Below, one piece after another: positions 1-9,150 of a DNA stretch of 56,119 nt. The position numbers and the translations under genes are program-made. The stretch lies in the IMG/VR virus record IMGVR_UViG_3300036820_000642, positions 1-56,119 of that record; one strand, 5' to 3'. Numbering within the stretch: the stretch's first letter is position 1; each line of letters opens with the position of its first letter. The notes under the pieces were generated by a model. The model ran no database searches. It was not told the origin of the DNA and was given only the letters and a program-made list of their open reading frames with translations. The DNA is from a virus. Taxonomy: Duplodnaviria; Caudoviricetes.

Positions 1-32
1 ACGCTGATTTTCGTTATTGTTCGGGAGGACAT
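1..32. repeat. Terminal direct repeat / circular assembly overlap (copy 1)
   Basis: acgctgattttcgttattgttcgggaggacat is identical to 56088-56119; it lies inside the 5' end of the integrase ORF. Confidence 0.95.
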
Positions 33-293
33 GACACTCTTCGCTTTCCCCGTGAAAGCGTTCCAATTATGGGCTTTGCCCTCAAGGAAATACTATCACG
101 GATCTACCAGGGTGTCGTTTACCAGGATAAACGGACACCTATCGTGACCTGCGGTTATACCGAGGTTACCCGAGGGTTCGCGGGCGGTCAAGCAGAGTGC
201 CAGACCCCAGGGGCCTAACCCGTCGATGATCGTAGTCCAGGCTGGTCACGGTGCGGGCGGGTATAATGACAGGTTGTCTCCTCTACCCCGGAC

Positions 294-821
294 ATGTGGG
301 AGTTGATCGTGGGGCGTCCCCCGTCTTTCGACCGTGACAGGCTGGTCGATCTGCTGCGCAGCGGCGACTACACCAGCCACACGGGCCTTGCCGAGGCGCT
401 GAGCACACCGGAGCGCACGGTTGCCGCTAACGCTGTCGCTGTCGCCGTGTGGCGGCTCCGGAAGCTCCCCGAGTTCGCCGACTTGCCGGCGTTCGGGGTT
501 GAGCATGGCACGGGCCTGGTTGCCCAGTTGGAACGCAACACGGGGCGGAAGGTGCATCCGGATTGCCGGATGCACAATCTGATTGAGCGGTTGAGGCAGG
601 TGGATCGCCTGCGGCGCGGGTTGCCTGTGTCTCCTAAAGCGGATGAAGATTTGGCAATTCGGTTTGAAGAGGATTTGCGCGGTAAGCGCTATGTCATAGA
701 CCTGGACAATGAGGGCAGACCATACATGCGGCCTGCGGATGTTGCCGATGAGGTTGACAACACCGGTAACATCAGGGAGATTATTGCGCAGCATCCGTTA
801 CCGCCTGTGGGGGGCCAGTGA
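294..821 (+). CDS. Hypothetical protein
   Basis: 175-aa ORF, GTGA-coupled to next gene; TATAAT at 262-267 may be a -10 box. Confidence 0.6.
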   Translation: MWELIVGRPPSFDRDRLVDLLRSGDYTSHTGLAEALSTPERTVAANAVAVAVWRLRKLPEFADLPAFGVEHGTGLVAQLERNTGRKVHPDCRMHNLIERLRQVDRLRRGLPVSPKADEDLAIRFEEDLRGKRYVIDLDNEGRPYMRPADVADEVDNTGNIREIIAQHPLPPVGGQ

Positions 822-1378
822 AGACGAGCACCACCAATCCGATTGTCGAAGATCAGATAACTCGTCTTCACCAGGCGCAAAGGGATGCGCGGCGCGCTGA
901 GAAGGACCTCAATGAGACTATTGCCGCGTTGAAGGTTCTAGACGCATCGGTTGATGCGACTGTCAAGCACGCTGAAAATCTCTTTGATGGTGTCATTGGC
1001 CTGTCCAGGGATACGATGCGCGAGGCCGCGCAGACAGTACTTAACCAAGAGACCACAGAGTTCAGCAACTATGTCGCCGGGAGTATGACGGAGATGCGGG
1101 ATTTTGTTGCGCGCTTGTCAACGGCCACAACGGATTCGTTCGCGAAGCTCATCAACTGCGAGACGTTCGATGACCTCGTGAACAAGATGGGTGCTCTGGT
1201 CACCTACCACATTCTTAAGCGGATCGGGATGCAGGATGTGGCCACGGCTTATCTCGGGGAGACATCGGGTAGCGGGGAGTTCGCTGATCTTCTGAAAGCC
1301 CTTCATAAGATGAAGGGCAAAACTGAGATCGTGGTTGAACATCGGCGCCGCGGGCATCGTAAGGGGCGCCGGTCATGA
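818..1378 (+). CDS. Coiled-coil hypothetical protein (distant relative of 23247-23765 and 24156-24584)
   Basis: ITRLHQAQRDARR resembles LTRALNEATKDARQ; coupled overlaps at both ends. Confidence 0.7.
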   Translation: MKTSTTNPIVEDQITRLHQAQRDARRAEKDLNETIAALKVLDASVDATVKHAENLFDGVIGLSRDTMREAAQTVLNQETTEFSNYVAGSMTEMRDFVARLSTATTDSFAKLINCETFDDLVNKMGALVTYHILKRIGMQDVATAYLGETSGSGEFADLLKALHKMKGKTEIVVEHRRRGHRKGRRS

Positions 1379-1788
1379 TGAAATGGTATGACCGCGAGGG
1401 CAAAGAGATCCCCATGGGCGTCTGGGAACTGTTCATCGCGGACCCCAATTATTCGTTTGTGGCGTGCACGGTGGTCGGCTCCAACCTGGTCTATACGGAC
1501 TGGACAGGTATGGAGCCTGCAATGTTCACGATCTTCTATCCGGAGTCGCACCCGTTCCACCTGGTTTACGAGACACGGGTGGTGGATCGTCACATGAAAC
1601 CGGTGTATGTCGGTGACAGTCCCGATGGGCGGGAACTGTATGCGACGGCGGGAGGCGCCGTCATGGGGCACAACAAGATTGTTGCTGTGCTCGCCTCAAT
1701 GATGCAGCCGGGCGATGAGGCCCGGTTCGCCAAAGACTTCGCCGACGCCGTGAGGCTGGCCCGTGAGTGGGGCGAAGCCAGTGCATGA
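1375..1788 (+). CDS. Hypothetical phage protein
   Basis: ATGA overlap, SD-like AAGGGG upstream. Confidence 0.7.
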   Translation: MMKWYDREGKEIPMGVWELFIADPNYSFVACTVVGSNLVYTDWTGMEPAMFTIFYPESHPFHLVYETRVVDRHMKPVYVGDSPDGRELYATAGGAVMGHNKIVAVLASMMQPGDEARFAKDFADAVRLAREWGEASA

Positions 1789-2152
1789 CATTGACGGTGA
1801 GGTAGCAAGGGCGCTGGCGCTCATATACGGAGAGGACGGCATGGGCGACGAACCGAAGGAACCCCCTAAAAAGGTGGTGTTCCTACGGGGCTCTGATGGC
1901 CTCGCTGAGGCGACACAGGACTACGTGGTGCGGGAAGCTCTCGCGTCTGGCCGCGTGGTCCTGGTGGAGGACTGTGAGCGGGCGTTGGCGGCACTGCGGC
2001 CGGTAGCCCCGCTCCGCTGGGTGGTGTTCCCTGCGGGGGCCATCATGACTGCCGTAGCTATCGCTGTGCCTTCCATGCCGGCGGCGAAAGTCGTCGGCCT
2101 GCTGGGCCTGGTGTTCATGGCTGTGGACTTCGTGGTGTTGAGCCGGTGGTGA
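1781..2152 (+). CDS. Membrane protein (2 C-terminal TM helices)
   Basis: Two hydrophobic segments; GTG start overlapping previous stop (start uncertain). Confidence 0.6.
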   Translation: MHDIDGEVARALALIYGEDGMGDEPKEPPKKVVFLRGSDGLAEATQDYVVREALASGRVVLVEDCERALAALRPVAPLRWVVFPAGAIMTAVAIAVPSMPAAKVVGLLGLVFMAVDFVVLSRW

Positions 2153-2553
2153 CGCCACCTATGGACGGGCCGGAGCCGGGTGGAGGGACCGCGGCGACTG
2201 GGGCCGTGCCGTCGGCTCCGGCCCCCAGACTTACCCCTGCGGAGATTGATGCTGGCGCGGCCAGGCAGGAACGCACTGTCAACTTGATGGTGCTCGGCAG
2301 CCTGGTCGCCCTCGTGATCGCCGTGGCATTCAGCACGGTCCCCGCGTTCGGGTGGAGCATTGAGGTTGGTCTCCTGACATTGCTGTACTTCGCGCAACAG
2401 CGCATTACGCGCTTGTTTCGGGGTGCGTGGCGCAGGACTGCGGAAGCCAATGCAGAGCTGTGCGGGGAACTGAGTGATTTCGTGGCGTTCAACGCGACGA
2501 TGCAGGAACGGTTTGCCTCCCGGTGGGAGACAGACGCTAGAGGCAGGGGGTAA
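2146..2553 (+). CDS. Membrane protein
   Basis: Two hydrophobic segments LMVLGSLVALVIAVAF and IEVGLLTLLYF. Confidence 0.6.
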   Translation: MVTPPMDGPEPGGGTAATGAVPSAPAPRLTPAEIDAGAARQERTVNLMVLGSLVALVIAVAFSTVPAFGWSIEVGLLTLLYFAQQRITRLFRGAWRRTAEANAELCGELSDFVAFNATMQERFASRWETDARGRG

Positions 2554-2556
2554 CTG

Positions 2557-2748
2557 ATGGTCCAGGCGAAAACGACAATCTGGATAGATGAGGCCGATAA
2601 CCCGATCTTCACTCAGGAGGATAACAGTCTCTTGATTGTGGTGCCTGGCATGGAACATGGCTACGACGTTTACATTGGCCCGGAGCTGCTGCCGCATCTG
2701 CGGCAGGCGCTGAACAGGGTTGAGGCGCACAACGCCACGAATGATTGA
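2557..2748 (+). CDS. Small hypothetical protein, paralog of 49193-49444
   Basis: KTTIWIDEADNP vs KTTIWIDTQDNP. Confidence 0.7.
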   Translation: MVQAKTTIWIDEADNPIFTQEDNSLLIVVPGMEHGYDVYIGPELLPHLRQALNRVEAHNATND

Positions 2749-2749
2749 G

Positions 2750-3025
2750 ACTTGCCCCCAAGGGGATTTTTGGGGGCAGGCGGCACACCGCCCCCCGTGT
2801 GTGCCGGACACCACGAGGGATGATTAGGCGCTCCCCTCTCGTGGGTGTCGAATGGGAGAGGCGCCCTGGATACCATGGCCGGTCCGGGGCGCCTCTTCTG
2901 CGTGTCGTTGCGGCGTGGCGCCGAAACACGCATGCTACCCTTAAGAACAGGTTCTTGGTTCTGGAGAACCAGGGTTGTTGTGGTTCGACAGTCAAGGCCC
3001 ACGCGTCAGCGGGGGCCTTTTGTTC
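2750..3025. ncRNA. Candidate structured RNA / regulatory region (about six back-to-back hairpins ending in a terminator-like stem)
   Basis: e.g. gagaggcgccctgga/tccggggcgcctct, cggcacac/gtgtgccg, aaggccc...gggcctttt. Confidence 0.4.
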
Positions 3026-3111
3026 TTGATTCACAATTAACTATTGTCTGCGGCTTCGCCGCGAATGTCCCCCTTCACCTTCTTTGCCGATGGCTAAACC
3101 CTTAGACAACA

Positions 3112-3420
3112 GTGTTCGCTCAACGCGAACTAACTTGTTTTGCTGTCGATGATCATCACACGTTACCGTTGTTAAGTATGGGGATCGGTAACACGAGAGA
3201 TGGCATCATTCTCTCAACTCGGACAATCACTGTCGCGCTCGCAGACGACGGCGCCACATTGCTGATGTTCGCGCAGACGAATCCCCGCGAACAGGACTGG
3301 CGCAAGGCTATGCGCCTCCTGGAAAAACACCATGTGTCCGATATCGGGGAACCGTCATGGTTCGCCGATATTGACCTGTGGGAAATTCCCCTACCGTGTC
3401 GCGACACGCCCACGGATTGA
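3112..3420 (+). CDS. Hypothetical protein
   Basis: ORF upstream of the nuclease module; start uncertain. Confidence 0.45.
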   Translation: MFAQRELTCFAVDDHHTLPLLSMGIGNTRDGIILSTRTITVALADDGATLLMFAQTNPREQDWRKAMRLLEKHHVSDIGEPSWFADIDLWEIPLPCRDTPTD

Positions 3421-3436
3421 GTTTGTAAAAGTATCC

Positions 3437-3646
3437 ATGCAGGATACTCTTACAAATATGGAAGAGAGCACGGAGGCGAGGTCGCACAGCCAGCTTCACA
3501 GCTGGCTGCAATGCGGCAAAGCCTACGAACTGGAACGCATCAGACGCGTTCCCCGCAAACCCGGCTTGTGGCTCCCGGCCGGTACCGCCTGCCATCTGTC
3601 AATTGAGTGGTGGCTTCGTCAGCGTCTCGCGAAAGGACTCCGGTAA
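3437..3646 (+). CDS. Cas4/RecB-like PD-(D/E)XK exonuclease, N-terminal piece
   Basis: RSHSQLHSWLQCGKAYEL...AGTACH matches the S-x-S...C...GT-x-x-H N-terminus of phage Cas4-like nucleases; ends in TAA. Confidence 0.8.
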   Translation: MQDTLTNMEESTEARSHSQLHSWLQCGKAYELERIRRVPRKPGLWLPAGTACHLSIEWWLRQRLAKGLR

Positions 3647-4045
3647 ATGACCGAATTTGTGGAGAACACCACAAGGCGTGTGCCGAACAAGGAACACCTG
3701 ATCCTGTGGTATCAGGCGCTGATGTCCGGCGACTATGTGCAGGGCGACGGCCGGCTCTGCGCGGTCGGGCACGACGGTGAGCCTGACAAATGGTGCTGCC
3801 TTGGCGTTGCTTGCGATGTCGCCGTCAAGAACGGCGTTGAAATGCTCCTCGATGCCGATGGGATACGCAAGTATTTCGACGGGATGATTGCCTATCTCCC
3901 CAAGAAGGTAGAGGAATGGCTCGGGGTTCCCGATCATGACCCTGATCTTGCCGGGGAACGCGCATCCAATTGGAACGACAGCTCTCGCCTGTCGTTCCCG
4001 GAGATCGCCGAACTGATCAAGAACGAATACGAGCTGGCCGTCTGA
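3647..4045 (+). CDS. Conserved phage protein, 'ALRSG...CCLGV...WND' family, copy 1
   Basis: WYQALMSGDYVQG...WCCLGVAC...LP...W...WND...F.EIA. Confidence 0.85.
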   Translation: MTEFVENTTRRVPNKEHLILWYQALMSGDYVQGDGRLCAVGHDGEPDKWCCLGVACDVAVKNGVEMLLDADGIRKYFDGMIAYLPKKVEEWLGVPDHDPDLAGERASNWNDSSRLSFPEIAELIKNEYELAV

Positions 4046-4437
4046 TGGCAAACGTCGAGAACATGGGGCTGTGGGCCGGGGCCCTGCGGTCGGGTGACTA
4101 TGAGCAGGGCGCCAACGTTCTCCACAATGTGGACAATAATACGTGGTGTTGTCTCGGGGTGGCTTGCGATGTGGCCATAAAGAACGGTGTCCAGCTCGGC
4201 ACCAAGATTGAAGCCGAGAAGGTCCAATACAGCGATGAGGAGAAGCCGACGGGTCGCGTCACGAATTTCGGTGGGGCCGTAGCTTTCCTGCCGTATCAGG
4301 TTATTGACTGGCTGGATGTCGATTCGAATAACCCGAAGCTATGCGACTTGAGGGCGACGTGGCTCAACGACATCGGCAATAGGTCGTTCAATGAGATCGC
4401 TGATCTCATTGACACCGAGTGCGGGCTAGCCGCCTGA
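4045..4437 (+). CDS. 'ALRSG...CCLGV' family, copy 2
   Basis: WAGALRSGDYEQG...WCCLGVAC...LND...F.EIAD; ATG at 4045 coupled to previous TGA. Confidence 0.85.
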   Translation: MANVENMGLWAGALRSGDYEQGANVLHNVDNNTWCCLGVACDVAIKNGVQLGTKIEAEKVQYSDEEKPTGRVTNFGGAVAFLPYQVIDWLDVDSNNPKLCDLRATWLNDIGNRSFNEIADLIDTECGLAA

Positions 4438-4644
4438 ATGGGTAAGACGGTCACCTATCGGACTGGACAGAAGCTAGCCAAGGTTTACAAGGCGCCGAGC
4501 CGTTACCAACGGTGGATGCTGTATGCGCTGAACATGCGGCTACGGAACATTTACGCGGGGACAGTGCCAGAGGCAGAGGTGCGCCGCCGGAGGGCGGCGA
4601 ACAAGGTGGCACGCAGACAACGGAGGGTAAACCGGGGTGGCTAA
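4438..4644 (+). CDS. Small Arg-rich protein
   Basis: IYAGTVPEAEVRRRRAANKVARRQRRVNR; abuts neighbours. Confidence 0.7.
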   Translation: MGKTVTYRTGQKLAKVYKAPSRYQRWMLYALNMRLRNIYAGTVPEAEVRRRRAANKVARRQRRVNRGG

Positions 4645-5017
4645 CCAGGAGAACATGCAGTTTTGGCTGACCGCACTGCGGTCAGGGCAATTCCAGCAGG
4701 GACGCGGGGAACTGCACAACGCCGAGACTGACAGTTATTGCTGTCTTGGTGTCGCGTGTGAGGTCGCTTACCAGGCTGGTGTGATCCTTCACCGAGCGGT
4801 GTACGAGGGTTGCACGTCTTATGACGGGGACTCGACAGCGCTGCCGAAGGCGGTCAGGGAATGGCTTGGCATCACTAACGCGTCCGTGCTGCTGAGAGAA
4901 CACACGGCTATCTTCTGGAACGACGTTACGAAAGCCAGCTTCGCTGAGATCGCCGACATGCTGGAAAACGAATACCTGGGGGGCACTAATGAAGTCGTGG
5001 ACATGCCCGCACTGTGA
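4637..5017 (+). CDS. 'ALRSG...CCLGV' family, copy 3
   Basis: WLTALRSGQFQQG...YCCLGVAC...WND...FAEIAD. Confidence 0.85.
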   Translation: MANQENMQFWLTALRSGQFQQGRGELHNAETDSYCCLGVACEVAYQAGVILHRAVYEGCTSYDGDSTALPKAVREWLGITNASVLLREHTAIFWNDVTKASFAEIADMLENEYLGGTNEVVDMPAL

Positions 5018-5042
5018 TTACGAGGGACAGCGGGTGTGGGGG

Positions 5043-5272
5043 GTGGCGCCTAGGCCGTCTAAGCGGCGGGTGCGGCTCTGCCCGTCATGTGGGGGGGCGG
5101 CGTGAAGCTTGGTCGTAGGTGCACGCTGCCGCGTGCGTCGAGTCCGGCCGGTGTGAAGGCGCGGATGGAACGCAGAATCAAAGGGTTCACACCGGAGATT
5201 CCCAAGGGTGGGCCGGGCACGCAGAAGCATCACAAGCCCGGCAGCAGGAACCCGAGGAAGGTGGGCCGGTGA
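5043..5272 (+). CDS. Small basic protein, possibly frameshifted at G7 run 5091-5097
   Basis: VAPRPSKRRVRLCPSCGG in one frame continues as GVKLGRRC...HHKPGSRNPRKVGR in another; TGA coupled to GTG at 5269. Confidence 0.45.
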
Positions 5273-6066
5273 GTCTGTTCTCTGCGGCTCAGCCGACGAT
5301 TGAAGACGTCTTCCTGTCGGAGCTGGACACCGCCATTCAGGCGGAAGAGGCAGAGACAGGGTTCGCCGCGTCGGAGTGGATGACCGCGGGGGCCAGGGGC
5401 TGCCAGGACCGTGACTGGTGGGAAGGTCACGGCCCCGAGCTGGTCCGCAACTTCACGTCCTGGTATGAGAGCAACCCGGACGCGTCCGTGTGGCATACAC
5501 CGGACGGGGAACCCGCGATCGAACTGCCGCTAGATGTGACGTTCGGCAGCGTGCGTGTCCGGATGATCGTGGACCTGGTTCTACAGATCGGTACTGCGCT
5601 TGTCGTCACGGACCACAAGTCGGGGGCTCGGAGCCCCGATGGTGTATCGCAGCTCAGCATCTACGCGTCCGGGATTGAACTGCAATACGGGATACGCCCC
5701 AAGTACGGAACATTCTTCATGCTGCGTGGTGTCGGGAAAGAGGAACCTAAAACCCATTTCCTGACACCGACCGTGCTCGACGGTTACGAGCATTCCGTTG
5801 ACTGGTGGACGAAACAGTTCGCCATGTTCGACGCCGCCGTGAAGGCGGGAACATTCATCGCCCATCCGGGTGAGCAGTGCAAGAGATGTGGCGTGGCGTA
5901 TGCCTGCCCGGCTGTCGGGGGCAGGCAGGCCATGACTTTCGATCCATTGTTGAGAGAGGGGGTTGAGGTATGGCAGAAGAGGGTTTCCGCGAGGGTATTA
6001 CAGTCACCTTCAAGGGGGGAACGGATTACGGGGCGCCGTGGATCACGATCCACGCCGCGGATGTGA
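5269..6066 (+). CDS. Cas4/RecB-like PD-(D/E)XK exonuclease, C-terminal catalytic piece
   Basis: AIELPL...IVDLV...TDHKSG...QLSIYA...CKRCGVAYAC; GTG start with GAGGAAGG SD. Confidence 0.85.
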   Translation: MSLFSAAQPTIEDVFLSELDTAIQAEEAETGFAASEWMTAGARGCQDRDWWEGHGPELVRNFTSWYESNPDASVWHTPDGEPAIELPLDVTFGSVRVRMIVDLVLQIGTALVVTDHKSGARSPDGVSQLSIYASGIELQYGIRPKYGTFFMLRGVGKEEPKTHFLTPTVLDGYEHSVDWWTKQFAMFDAAVKAGTFIAHPGEQCKRCGVAYACPAVGGRQAMTFDPLLREGVEVWQKRVSARVLQSPSRGERITGRRGSRSTPRM

Positions 6067-6377
6067 ACAGTCTGGGCCTGGTCCTTGAAGAGATCAGAGA
6101 CAAGGAAGTGTTCCCGACTGTCACCATGGCGGCTGAGGAGTTCCATTACAAGCCGCCATCGACAAGTCAGGCTGTCCGTGACATTCAGAACGCGATGAAT
6201 GGCGGCCGAGGCTATGACGGCCAGAACTTGCCGGGCCAGTATCAGCCGGGCGGTAATGCGCCGAACTGTGCGCATGGCCCGATGCAGTATGTAGCGCAGG
6301 GGAAGTACGGGCCGTTCTGGGCTTGTCCGCAGCCGCGTGGGGCTTATGACAAATGCAAGGCAGTCAACGCACGGTAG
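5970..6377 (+). CDS. Actinophage replication-module protein with C-terminal Zn ribbon (possible ssDNA-binding)
   Basis: APWITIHA N-domain and CAHGPM...FWACP...KC; SD GAGGGG. Confidence 0.65.
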   Translation: MAEEGFREGITVTFKGGTDYGAPWITIHAADVNSLGLVLEEIRDKEVFPTVTMAAEEFHYKPPSTSQAVRDIQNAMNGGRGYDGQNLPGQYQPGGNAPNCAHGPMQYVAQGKYGPFWACPQPRGAYDKCKAVNAR

Positions 6378-6397
6378 TGATTGAAGGGGGAAACAAG

Positions 6398-6613
6398 GTG
6401 ACTTACTACATTAACGTCAAGGTCGAGAACGGTGAAGCCAGCCTCGTGGATGCTGGCGGTACCCTGCCTGACGGCAAGTTTGCTATCAACGGGCATGACG
6501 CTCCGGATGGCCGGAGCATCACTGTCAATCAGTATGAGCCTGATGGCTGGCAGCTCGTTGGCTATGCGCAGGGGTATCAGCATCACTACTCGGTCGTGGC
6601 CTCGGCTCCGTAA
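6398..6613 (+). CDS. Hypothetical protein
   Basis: GTG with AAGGGGG SD; TAATG coupling to helicase. Confidence 0.6.
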   Translation: MTYYINVKVENGEASLVDAGGTLPDGKFAINGHDAPDGRSITVNQYEPDGWQLVGYAQGYQHHYSVVASAP

Positions 6614-7452
6614 TGCTTAGCCTCGCTCAGGCGTTGGTGGTTCGGGGGGCGGCCGGTGTGCCGCTCCCCACCGCCTACCCGTCACTAGCACGGGCAGGCT
6701 GCCACATCTGCCGCTCACAGTTGTCCCTCATCGTGGGGAAGCCAGGCGCATGCAAGTCCACGCTTGCTATGTGCATGCTCGCCAGGATGAAGGTGCCAAC
6801 CCTGGCTTTCGTCCTGGACTCCAATGAGCTGACTGTGTCGGCACGGTTCGCCGCTATCGCGACGGGTGAACCGTTCGCCGACGTGAAACAGGCAGTGATA
6901 TCAGGCACCGCGGACTATCGGCAAACACTGATATCGGAGATGAACAATATCCAGGTGTGTTTCAGTGCGCCTGGCCCCGAGGACGTTGAAAGGGAAATGC
7001 GGGGATTCGAGCAGCGCTTTGGTTTGCCACCCGATTGCGTGCTGGTAGACAATCTCGGGAACCAAACCAGCTCTCTTGAGAATGAGTGGGCCGCGCTCAA
7101 GGCGCTGTCGCTTGAGTATGACAGTTTGGCGAAGGATGCTGAGTGCGCGATCATCGCGACTCATCACACTACTGACATGACTTCGGATGGTCCTGCGGAC
7201 CGGACGAAAATATTGGGGAAGATCACTCAGTATGCACGGGTCATTCTCAGTGTTGGGTATAATGAAAGTGAGGGACGCTTGGGTGTGGCCGTCGTGAAGA
7301 ATACCGAAGGCCCGTCTGATCCCAAGGCTGAACGTCCCATTTCTTTCGCCATTGATCCCGGCCGGATGCAGATTACCGAGGATACCGGGAAATTCTTCCG
7401 TCGAGGGGGCGGTTGGGGTGGCGGGTTCTGGACACCTGAAGATGACGACTAA
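6613..7452 (+). CDS. DnaB/RecA-like helicase (ATPase domain only)
   Basis: Walker A GKPGACKS, Walker B VLVDNL, IATHH, VVKN motif. Confidence 0.85.
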   Translation: MLSLAQALVVRGAAGVPLPTAYPSLARAGCHICRSQLSLIVGKPGACKSTLAMCMLARMKVPTLAFVLDSNELTVSARFAAIATGEPFADVKQAVISGTADYRQTLISEMNNIQVCFSAPGPEDVEREMRGFEQRFGLPPDCVLVDNLGNQTSSLENEWAALKALSLEYDSLAKDAECAIIATHHTTDMTSDGPADRTKILGKITQYARVILSVGYNESEGRLGVAVVKNTEGPSDPKAERPISFAIDPGRMQITEDTGKFFRRGGGWGGGFWTPEDDD

Positions 7453-7711
7453 TGTGCAGGTTCTTATCAAGCAGTCATGCCCGCAGGGGCTCACTGGTGA
7501 TGACCTTGCGGAACTGTTTGGTGATGGTGAACGGCTCCGGGAGTTCAATCATTGGATGCGTGGGCAGACAATGAGTGTCTGTGATGGACGGGAATACAAC
7601 TATGCGGAGAAACGGTATCAGCCGACTAAATGCGCGGGGCACCCGCATGGCGTAGTGGCGTACCCGTGGGATGTCGAACGTTTCTTGCTGGGACTGCCAG
7701 TAATTGACTAA
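7442..7711 (+). CDS. Hypothetical protein
   Basis: FNHWMRGQTM...YPWDVERFL; overlaps neighbours. Confidence 0.6.
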   Translation: MTTNVQVLIKQSCPQGLTGDDLAELFGDGERLREFNHWMRGQTMSVCDGREYNYAEKRYQPTKCAGHPHGVVAYPWDVERFLLGLPVID

Positions 7712-8075
7712 GGGGGAAGTGATGGATGCTGCGATCAAAGAACAGTGGATCAAAGACCTACGCTCCGGTGAGTTCGAGCAGGGCCGCGGGAAACTGGAAG
7801 AGGACCACCAGTTTTGTTGCCTCGGGGTGCTGTGTTTCCGCGCTGCGGAGGCAGGTATTACTAGCCGGGTCGTGGAGGCTAACGGTGTCGTGACGTATGG
7901 CGGCATGGATGGTGTGCCTCCTAGTGAAGTCCTGAAGTGGGCCGGGTTGAATATTTATGAGGCGCAGGGCCGTTATGCGCCGGCTGATGGTGAAGAACGC
8001 TGGCTCACTATGGACAATGACAGAGATCGTCATGGCTTCGATCAGATCGCGGACACGATCGAGAAGCATTTCTAG
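7704..8075 (+). CDS. 'ALRSG...CCLGV' family, copy 4
   Basis: WIKDLRSGEFEQG...FCCLGVLC...DND...FDQIADTIE. Confidence 0.85.
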   Translation: MTKGEVMDAAIKEQWIKDLRSGEFEQGRGKLEEDHQFCCLGVLCFRAAEAGITSRVVEANGVVTYGGMDGVPPSEVLKWAGLNIYEAQGRYAPADGEERWLTMDNDRDRHGFDQIADTIEKHF

Positions 8076-8086
8076 AAGGGGCGCAC

Positions 8087-8257
8087 GTGCTTACTGCGGT
8101 TGCGGCAGCGGAACGGCCTGTGTACGGGGTGGCTTGGGGTAACCATTCGACGCCTTTGACTGATTACATGGACCTTGGGGAGGCCAGCGAGATTGCGCGT
8201 CTCTTGAAGGGGACTGTGTTGATGCGGTTCGAGCCGGGTTCCTGGGTCGAGTTGTGA
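8087..8257 (+). CDS. Small hypothetical protein (56 aa, not in ORF track)
   Basis: GTG after AAGGGG; VLTAVAAAERPVYGVAW...WVEL*, GTGA-coupled to next gene. Confidence 0.55.
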   Translation: MLTAVAAAERPVYGVAWGNHSTPLTDYMDLGEASEIARLLKGTVLMRFEPGSWVEL

Positions 8258-8577
8258 TCTGCCTGCCTTGCCGTAAGGCAGGCGAGGACAACAAGAACGG
8301 GAACGGGTTTGATGCCAGCCTGTTGCATGACTTCTGTGACAATCTCGACTTGCATCCGGGGTCGGCTCCGAATTGGTGTGATTGTCAGCATGTGACGGTT
8401 CCTTTTGAGGAGCCGTACGGGTGCGTCAACTGCGATGGCAGGAAGTGTATGGATTGTGTGTGCCGGATATGGCATGACGAATGCAAGGATGACTGCCCGG
8501 AATGCTGTGATCCTTGCTACTGCATGGAGCCGATGGCGGCTTGGGAGAGATCACTAATGGAGGGGATCAGGGAATGA
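8254..8577 (+). CDS. Cys-rich metal-binding protein
   Basis: Many CxxC/CxC motifs in 107 aa. Confidence 0.65.
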   Translation: MICLPCRKAGEDNKNGNGFDASLLHDFCDNLDLHPGSAPNWCDCQHVTVPFEEPYGCVNCDGRKCMDCVCRIWHDECKDDCPECCDPCYCMEPMAAWERSLMEGIRE

Positions 8578-8828
8578 ACGAGAAGACTGTTATCCAGGAG
8601 CTAGCGGAATTCCTGAAGGCCAGGGCGGAAGCCCTGGAGGCCAAGGCCAAGTCAGAAGTGACTCAGCACATGTCGAATTCGGAAGTGCTTGAGGAGATCG
8701 CCAAGGAGTTCCGGTCCATCGGTGCGCGGGTGGTCGCGCAGCTCAAGGCGCGTGGCCTCCACGTGCCAGCTCCGCGCGCCCAGGCGCCTGCCGAGGCGCC
8801 TGCCGCTCCGGCTGATGGCAAGCCCTAG
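8574..8828 (+). CDS. Hypothetical protein
   Basis: ATGA-coupled; Ala/Pro-rich tail. Confidence 0.6.
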   Translation: MNEKTVIQELAEFLKARAEALEAKAKSEVTQHMSNSEVLEEIAKEFRSIGARVVAQLKARGLHVPAPRAQAPAEAPAAPADGKP

Positions 8829-9150
8829 GGTCGTCCGGGCTCGTGACACTGAGCGGCTGCTAGCCGCGGATCTCCGGCAGTCGGGGGCGCCCGACGCGAG
8901 GGCTGTGGGCGCCTCCCTGCCAGGCAGGGACATCCTCGGGCTACCTGGTGTCGCTATCGAGGTGAAGGCCAGGGCGAACCTGGACATGCGTGCCGCGCTG
9001 AAGCAGGCGAAGCGGAACGCGGAGAACGATCACCCCCTGGTGGTCGTGCGGTGTAACGGGCAGGGCGAAGCCCACATTGACGAATGGGTGACCCTCATAA
9101 CGTGGGGGGACATGAAGGAATTGTTGACAGAGGCAGGGTATCTGGCGTGA
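8815..9150 (+). CDS. Holliday junction resolvase (Hjc-like PD-(D/E)XK)
   Basis: E...GRDILG...AIEVKAR...Q motif. Confidence 0.8.
   Translation: MASPRVVRARDTERLLAADLRQSGAPDARAVGASLPGRDILGLPGVAIEVKARANLDMRAALKQAKRNAENDHPLVVVRCNGQGEAHIDEWVTLITWGDMKELLTEAGYLA

Noticed and set aside
1-32. Biological terminal repeat or att site
   Set aside because: The 32-bp overlap falls inside the integrase coding start and is most simply an assembler circularisation overlap
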